DNA of 64,000 nt from Nitrospinota bacterium (GTDB lineage Bacteria; UBA8248), in the NCBI GenBank assembly GCA_036231405.1, contig JAZAHK010000003.1, forward strand, positions 1 through 64,000, in the 5' to 3' direction. The notes beneath the pieces are model-generated. The model was not told the origin of the DNA, searched no databases, and was given only the letters and a program-made list of their open reading frames with translations. How positions within the stretch are numbered: position 1 is the first letter of the stretch; every line of letters starts with the position of its first letter. The position numbers and the translations under genes were made by a program. Below are positions 58,680-64,000 of the stretch, one piece after another.

Positions 58680-61334
58680 TTAACTAACGGTGTTTCTTGA
58701 GAACTTTTGTGAACACCAGTCTAGTGACCGGGAGGTAATTCGTTCTGTTGGTTGTAACATCATACCTAAAATAACCTTAGAAACTAAGGTGAAAACCGGG
58801 ACCCCGCCGCTAATTTCTAAAATTAGTGGATCGAGTATCAGGTTCACGTATTCAAATATGATTATGATAACAACAAAGGTCAGTGCGGTTGCTAATTTCT
58901 CTACTCGTGTATTTTGTTTTACCAGAACCGTAAAAAATAAAAGGACAAGAAAAAACAGAACCTCAGCAACGTAGAAGTAGGTCGATTGCCACCAAGGGGG
59001 GTTAATTTCAAAACTGTAATTGGATGGTGCCAATTCTTGCCCGCGTGAATTTATTCCCTCGATTATTAGAGTATATTTTTTTGGCGGCAAATTCGTATAC
59101 GTCACCTCTCTACTGTCAGTATATTCTGAAAAGCGCTTGTCAAAATTATCTAACTTGTAGCGGTATTTATTTTCATCTGTATTTAAGTAGTCAGGCATGG
59201 AAATTTTAAAACTAAAGTCATTTTGGGAGTAACCAAATGTTGATTTGATGGCAAATATTTGTCCCTGTATATCGCTCTCGGGACCGCCATCGTATATTTT
59301 GACCTTATTGACAGAAATTTTCCTTAACAAACTTTTTGCTCTAGTACTTATTGCCTGAGTGTCCCGTGGAATAAGCAAAATTCCTGCTGTGCCTGTAAGA
59401 AAGACCCTATTTCCAAATGCAAAAAGTTTGATCCTTGAAAATTTGCTTAAGACCTCGTTATCTAAATAAAGTTTTTGGAAACTGAAATCGCTATCAAATT
59501 TGTATAAAGACACAGACCATTTATTGGCACGAATCTCGGAGAATACTGCAAATTTGGTGTTATCAGGAAGTTGGATAAGCGCTTCTAAAAGTTTGTTTTT
59601 AGAGTTGGGTAGTTTTGAAAAGCGTTGGTCGAATTGAAATTTATTTTTAGTTCGGTTGAATCTATAAATTCCTTTCATAGTTCCTAACACAAACTCATCA
59701 TTAAACTTAAAAAATTTCATATATCTATAGGATTTACTAGGTAATCCGTCTGCATGTGTGTACTTATTAAAAACGTAACTATCTTTATTCCGTTTTGAAT
59801 CAGAAAACTTAATTCTGTATATCCCTTTAAATAACTCTCGTACCCAAACTTCTTCCGATGAAGTATCTTCAAACAATCCTTCCCAAACTGATTTGAGCGG
59901 TAATTTCGGGAATCTGGTTAATTCATCTGGTTTTTCTAAATTCAAAAGTCCTAATCCTTTGCTTCCACCAACATAGGCATGATTTTTAAAAACCTCGCTT
60001 TTGATCATGGTGTAAATAGCGCCAGTACTTTTGCTGTCTAATATTTGTTCATAATTATTTTCAATGTCTAACGCACTTATTCCCCATCTAGAACCGATAA
60101 AAAGTCTTTTGTTATCGAAGTTAACCATACTCCAGGTTTGCGCTTTCAGTTCGTCACTTGCGACGGGGACAAATATCTGACGAAGGGAAGCGTGACTTAT
60201 TTCTGATTCGCGGATCCCTGTTGATGTTGCGACGTACAACTTGCCATTAAATTGCTCGAGATAGTTAACAATTGAATTTAATTGAGCATATTTCTTATCA
60301 AATGAATGGACCCCATATCTAAAGTTAACCCTACTTATGCCGTCATTAAGACCCAACCAAATATTACCTTGGTAATCCTCATGTAAACTGCGGACAAAAT
60401 TATCCTGGAGACCGGTGTCTGTGCCAATATGGTTCTTAAGTCGTATTTTTTGGTCAAATACAAATAATCCGTCAGTGGAACCAATTGCATATCGACCATC
60501 TTGGAGTTCGATGCCGGTAAAGACCGTTGTTTCATTAAACAATTTATTCGGAATATCAAATTTTGATAATTTCCCTTGTATGAGACTAAAAATTCCTGAT
60601 TGTCTGGTAACGAGTATTAATCCTTTTTGGTTTTTGAAAACGCTAATGACGCTTTGTTTTTTTGTTTTAAAATATTCGGTTCCACCTACTGGCAATAATT
60701 CTCTATCTTTATATAAAAATAAACCGTGCCCTCTTTTTGATAAATAAATATCGTTTCCAATCTTATTTACCCGCTCGTATTTACTTTTTTTACTGATTGT
60801 TTCGATTTTTCCATTTTCGTAGACATTCAAGTAAGAAAAAGTGGGAATTAAATACCTATTGTTTCCAGATAATTGCTTTATTCCTTTAGGGGAGGATTTA
60901 GGCATTTTCCCGAGTTTTTCGAATTGATACCCTCCAGTCTTGCTGAAAGTAAGTTGACCAAAATGGCGCGAAAAACCAACAAGTATATTGTTCTTATCAC
61001 TTCTTGAGACCGACCTAACAACGGGTCGTTCATCTAAAACAATTGTTCTCCAAACTGAACCGTCATAAATTAAAATTCCACCAGTGTTTGCAAAATATAA
61101 AACCCCTTGTTCATCTTGAGTTATCTCCCAAGTTGCGCGAACCCCGCCATGAACTTCTGACGGAAAATTTTCAATTTCATATGTTGGGTATTGAACTAAT
61201 TGAGCAAAGACCTGTTGAGAAAAAAAGAGATTTAGAAATAGAAGAATAATTAAGGAAAAAAACTTATTGGATTTGCAATTTCTTCTTCCAAACTCTATAA
61301 GCACGGCAATCGTCAGATAGATAGTGGCAGTCAA
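58680..61334 (-). CDS. Beta-propeller + Y_Y_Y domain periplasmic sensor-like protein with C-terminal TM helices
   Basis: QDEQGVLYFAN and EDYQGNIWLG propeller repeats; YRYKL...YTNLPPKKY; PPWW followed by TM segments; start codon uncertain. Confidence 0.8.
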   Translation of the reverse strand: MTATIYLTIAVLIEFGRRNCKSNKFFSLIILLFLNLFFSQQVFAQLVQYPTYEIENFPSEVHGGVRATWEITQDEQGVLYFANTGGILIYDGSVWRTIVLDERPVVRSVSRSDKNNILVGFSRHFGQLTFSKTGGYQFEKLGKMPKSSPKGIKQLSGNNRYLIPTFSYLNVYENGKIETISKKSKYERVNKIGNDIYLSKRGHGLFLYKDRELLPVGGTEYFKTKKQSVISVFKNQKGLILVTRQSGIFSLIQGKLSKFDIPNKLFNETTVFTGIELQDGRYAIGSTDGLFVFDQKIRLKNHIGTDTGLQDNFVRSLHEDYQGNIWLGLNDGISRVNFRYGVHSFDKKYAQLNSIVNYLEQFNGKLYVATSTGIRESEISHASLRQIFVPVASDELKAQTWSMVNFDNKRLFIGSRWGISALDIENNYEQILDSKSTGAIYTMIKSEVFKNHAYVGGSKGLGLLNLEKPDELTRFPKLPLKSVWEGLFEDTSSEEVWVRELFKGIYRIKFSDSKRNKDSYVFNKYTHADGLPSKSYRYMKFFKFNDEFVLGTMKGIYRFNRTKNKFQFDQRFSKLPNSKNKLLEALIQLPDNTKFAVFSEIRANKWSVSLYKFDSDFSFQKLYLDNEVLSKFSRIKLFAFGNRVFLTGTAGILLIPRDTQAISTRAKSLLRKISVNKVKIYDGGPESDIQGQIFAIKSTFGYSQNDFSFKISMPDYLNTDENKYRYKLDNFDKRFSEYTDSREVTYTNLPPKKYTLIIEGINSRGQELAPSNYSFEINPPWWQSTYFYVAEVLFFLVLLFFTVLVKQNTRVEKLATALTFVVIIIIFEYVNLILDPLILEISGGVPVFTLVSKVILGMMLQPTERITSRSLDWCSQKFSRNTVS

Positions 61335-61541
61335 TTTTTCATACTCAAAGAGTGCATGGTGGGAATCCTTTGTGAAATGATTTTTCTATATTCTAGCAGA
61401 TGTTTTAGTGCATGACCAAATGCACGGATCTGATGTAGTCTGTATTACAGGATCTGATGTAGGTGCTTTTAAAAATGCAAAAAAATACAATAAAATAGAT
61501 TATTCAACACTTTACAGAGGGTCGATTTTCGATGTCGGAGT

Positions 61542-61588
61542 CTGCAAATCCCCGATCCCCAGTTCAAATCTGGGTGGCGCCTCCAAAG
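61542..61588 (+). repeat. attR-like duplicate of the tRNA-Cys 3' half
   Basis: CTGCAAATCCCCGATCCCCAGTTCAAATCTGGGTGGCGCCTCCAAAG, identical to 57965-58011; the 5' half of the tRNA is absent. Confidence 0.95.
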
Positions 61589-61776
61589 AACCCCTTCTAA
61601 AGCAACACTTTCAGCAAATCTGCAATTCTCCAAATAGTCATTTGACGACTGGTGCAGGAGTGATGCAGTTCAGATTATTTTGTGAAATTATTTTTTTAAT
61701 ATTCCATAATTTCTTTCGAATTTATTCATAATTACTTTGTAATATTTTCTCCTAACTGTTATAGGAGATACTCATT

Positions 61777-62526
61777 ATGAAGATACTTACGCTCTGTTTT
61801 GTTGTTCTTGTTCTCATGACCGATGCCTTTGCATTTAATCAAGACCACTTAAAGAAAGTCAAAAATCAAGAAGATTGTGAGAAGTGTGATTTGTCTGGTG
61901 CAAATCTACAGTTCATAAAAATGAATCATTTAGATTTGCGAGGAACCAACTTTTCTGGTGCAAGTTTTCTTTATACTGAAATGAGGGGTTCAAATCTGGA
62001 AGGTGCAGACTTTTCTAATGCTCAAGTGAATACAGTTCGTTTCCATAAAGCAAATCTGAAAAATGCAGTTTTTAGAGGTTCCATGATTTTCCGTTCCCAT
62101 TTTTATAAGGCAGATGTTAGAGGTGCAGATTTTAGTAATACGAATCTTGCAGAATCGGAGTTTGAGTATGCAAGAACGGATAATGCACTCTGGAAAAATG
62201 CAAAGTTTTGCAAGACAAGATTTACTAATGATTTAAAAAACGAAGGTTGCAGTGGAAGATACAGAATCGATCCAAGTGTATATCCAAAAGAAAAAACAGA
62301 AATGGATCGTCTGATAGACAAATGGGAAAAACTGTATGCAACTTGCAGAGGTGAATATGGAAAGGTGAGAGAGATTGCCTGTAATAAACTCTGGAATGTG
62401 CAAGATAAACTGCGAGGAATGAATCTCTGCAAAGGAAGATATAGTTGGTATAATCTTCCCGGTGCATTTATGTTGACGAGAAGAACTTGGTTACCATGCA
62501 GATATAAACGACTGGTCGATGAATAA
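61777..62526 (+). CDS. Secreted pentapeptide-repeat protein with a Cys-rich C-terminal extension
   Basis: Signal peptide, CEKCDLSGANL, A(D/N)(L/F)xx repeats; AGGAGA RBS. Confidence 0.88.
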   Translation: MKILTLCFVVLVLMTDAFAFNQDHLKKVKNQEDCEKCDLSGANLQFIKMNHLDLRGTNFSGASFLYTEMRGSNLEGADFSNAQVNTVRFHKANLKNAVFRGSMIFRSHFYKADVRGADFSNTNLAESEFEYARTDNALWKNAKFCKTRFTNDLKNEGCSGRYRIDPSVYPKEKTEMDRLIDKWEKLYATCRGEYGKVREIACNKLWNVQDKLRGMNLCKGRYSWYNLPGAFMLTRRTWLPCRYKRLVDE

Positions 62527-62658
62527 ACCTAGAATCCATCAAGAAAAATTTACAATGATTAAAATCATAGTTTTTGATACTATATTTAAGTGTTTTCAAT
62601 GAGGCATCAGATTTGGAGGTCTCAAGTCTTTCAGGCCAAATACAAGGACATAAATTTT

Positions 62659-64000
62659 TTGCAACAAAAAAGTGATATCAACAATCTTAACAGGGAATAT
62701 CCCGTAATTATTCAAGGTGGAATGGGTGCCGGTGTTTCCAACTGGCGGATTGCTAACACCGTAGCAAGTACCGGTCAGATGGGAGTAGTCTCAGGAACTG
62801 CCTTGGATACTATTTTGGTACGTAGACTTCAGGATGGGGACCCGGGCGATCATATGCGCCGTGCCTTAGACAATTTCCTTGTACCTGAAATTGCTAATCG
62901 TCTAATTTCCAAGTATTTTATATCGGGTGGGAAGGGGTCTGACACACCTTATAAGGCAATTCCTAAATACAGTATCACTCCCGGAAAACAACTACAAGAG
63001 TTGACAATTGCGGCGAATTTTGTCGAGGTTTGGTTGGCAAAAGAAGGACATGCCGGACCAGTTGGAATTAATCTACTTGAAAAAATTCAATATCCGAACA
63101 TCTATTCCCTTTACGGTGCCATGTTGGCAGGAGTTGATTTTGTCTTGATGGGTGCAGGAATTCCACGTGATATCCCCGGGGTGCTTGACAAGCTTGCCCA
63201 ACATGAAGAGGCAACCCTCCGAATAAACGTCGCAAATACTAAAAAAGGAGAAAGCTTCCATGCCCGCCTTGCACCACGGGAAATTATCCCCCTAGACCTA
63301 CCTCGTCTCAAACGACCAGAATTTTTAGCAATCATCGCTTCCTCCACTTTGGCAACAACATTAGTAAAAAAGTCGACCGGAAAGGTAAATGGTTTTATTA
63401 TCGAAGGACCCACTGCAGGTGGACACAATGCACCTCCACGTGGAATAGTTGAACTAGATGGTGCAGGCGAGCCACGCTACGGTCCTAAAGATATAGTTGA
63501 CCTTGAAAAAATAAAAAAACTTGGTCTTCCATTCTGGCTAGCCGGATCATACTCCAGCCCAGAAAAATTACAAAAAGTTAAAAAACTAGGCGCTGTTGGT
63601 ATACAAGTCGGAACATTGTTTGCATTTTGCGATGAATCTGGTTTTGCAGAACATATCAAGAAGGAAGTTCGCGAAAAAGCGTCTCGGGGTGAAGCCCAAG
63701 TTTTTACTGACCCCATTGCCTCCCCCACCAATTTTCCTTTCAAGGTCATACAACTAGAAGGAACGAACTCTGAAAAACGTTTTTACGACGAACGTCCTCG
63801 AATATGTAACATGGGCTATCTTACGCAATCTTACCTCCGCGAAGATGGAAAGGTAGACTATCGGTGTCCTTCGGAACCGCTTGAAGATTACGTCAAGAAA
63901 AAGGACGGAGATTTGGAGAACACTATGGGCCGTAAGTGCCTTTGCAATGGCTTGTTCGCTAGTATAGGGTTTCCACAGACTTATGAATCAGGGTACCGCG
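62659..64000 (+). CDS. Nitronate monooxygenase / 2-nitropropane dioxygenase family protein (runs off the right edge; absent from the ORF track)
   Basis: TTG start after AAGGA; PVIIQGGMGAGVS, GINLLEK, MGAGIP, EGPTAGGHNAPPRG and GIQVGTLF motifs. Confidence 0.88.
   Translation, partial: MQQKSDINNLNREYPVIIQGGMGAGVSNWRIANTVASTGQMGVVSGTALDTILVRRLQDGDPGDHMRRALDNFLVPEIANRLISKYFISGGKGSDTPYKAIPKYSITPGKQLQELTIAANFVEVWLAKEGHAGPVGINLLEKIQYPNIYSLYGAMLAGVDFVLMGAGIPRDIPGVLDKLAQHEEATLRINVANTKKGESFHARLAPREIIPLDLPRLKRPEFLAIIASSTLATTLVKKSTGKVNGFIIEGPTAGGHNAPPRGIVELDGAGEPRYGPKDIVDLEKIKKLGLPFWLAGSYSSPEKLQKVKKLGAVGIQVGTLFAFCDESGFAEHIKKEVREKASRGEAQVFTDPIASPTNFPFKVIQLEGTNSEKRFYDERPRICNMGYLTQSYLREDGKVDYRCPSEPLEDYVKKKDGDLENTMGRKCLCNGLFASIGFPQTYESGYR

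Larger units (their letters stand above)
57965..61588. mobile_element. Integrase-less genomic islet at tRNA-Cys, bounded by 47-bp direct repeats
   Basis: 57965-58011 is identical to 61542-61588; arm-like repeats at both ends; two cargo genes. Confidence 0.85.

Noticed and set aside
58084-58682. CRISPR array or canonical integron attC array
   Set aside because: Repeats are short, few and irregularly spaced; no cas genes or IntI; no attC-type long hairpin
61542-61585. Second tRNA-Cys gene
   Set aside because: Only the 3' half is present, with no D-arm or 5' acceptor strand; it is an att duplication
61408-61731. 107-aa ORF across the att junction
   Set aside because: Translates arm repeats and the tRNA fragment; spurious
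62611-62623. ATTTGGAGGTCTC as an inverted tRNA-Cys 3' remnant
   Set aside because: Only about 8 matching bases, which is expected by chance
63073-63749. Three short minus-strand ORFs
   Set aside because: Antisense shadows of the nitronate monooxygenase gene

Overview
Bacterial chromosomal window, mostly AT-rich (about 35-38% GC by eye), from a diderm organism: it has a porin, the Tat system and late futalosine-type menaquinone genes. The serA-hisZ-purA order and the glm cluster tentatively suggest a Nitrospinota/Deltaproteobacteria-like lineage; this is inference only. The core has Mn/Zn ABC and Co transport, UDP-GlcNAc, menaquinone, heme, purine/pyrimidine, serine and thiamine (TPP riboswitch + thiC) genes, plus an orphan catabolic cluster. 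Two tRNA-anchored accessory regions bracket it. On the left, a GC-rich segment abuts the 3' end of tRNA-Glu and carries a class I HMG-CoA reductase and a phytol/dolichol-kinase-like protein. On the right, a tandem set of islets with no integrase in the window follows tRNA-Cys, with a 47-bp att duplication, arm-type TGATGTAG repeats and a short repeat after each cargo gene. The best hidden feature is a 78-aa SelW/Rdx-family selenoprotein (CxxU, in-frame TGA, SECIS-like hairpin) at 14979-15215 on the minus strand, which the ORF track misses. All product calls come from motif recognition, not database searches.
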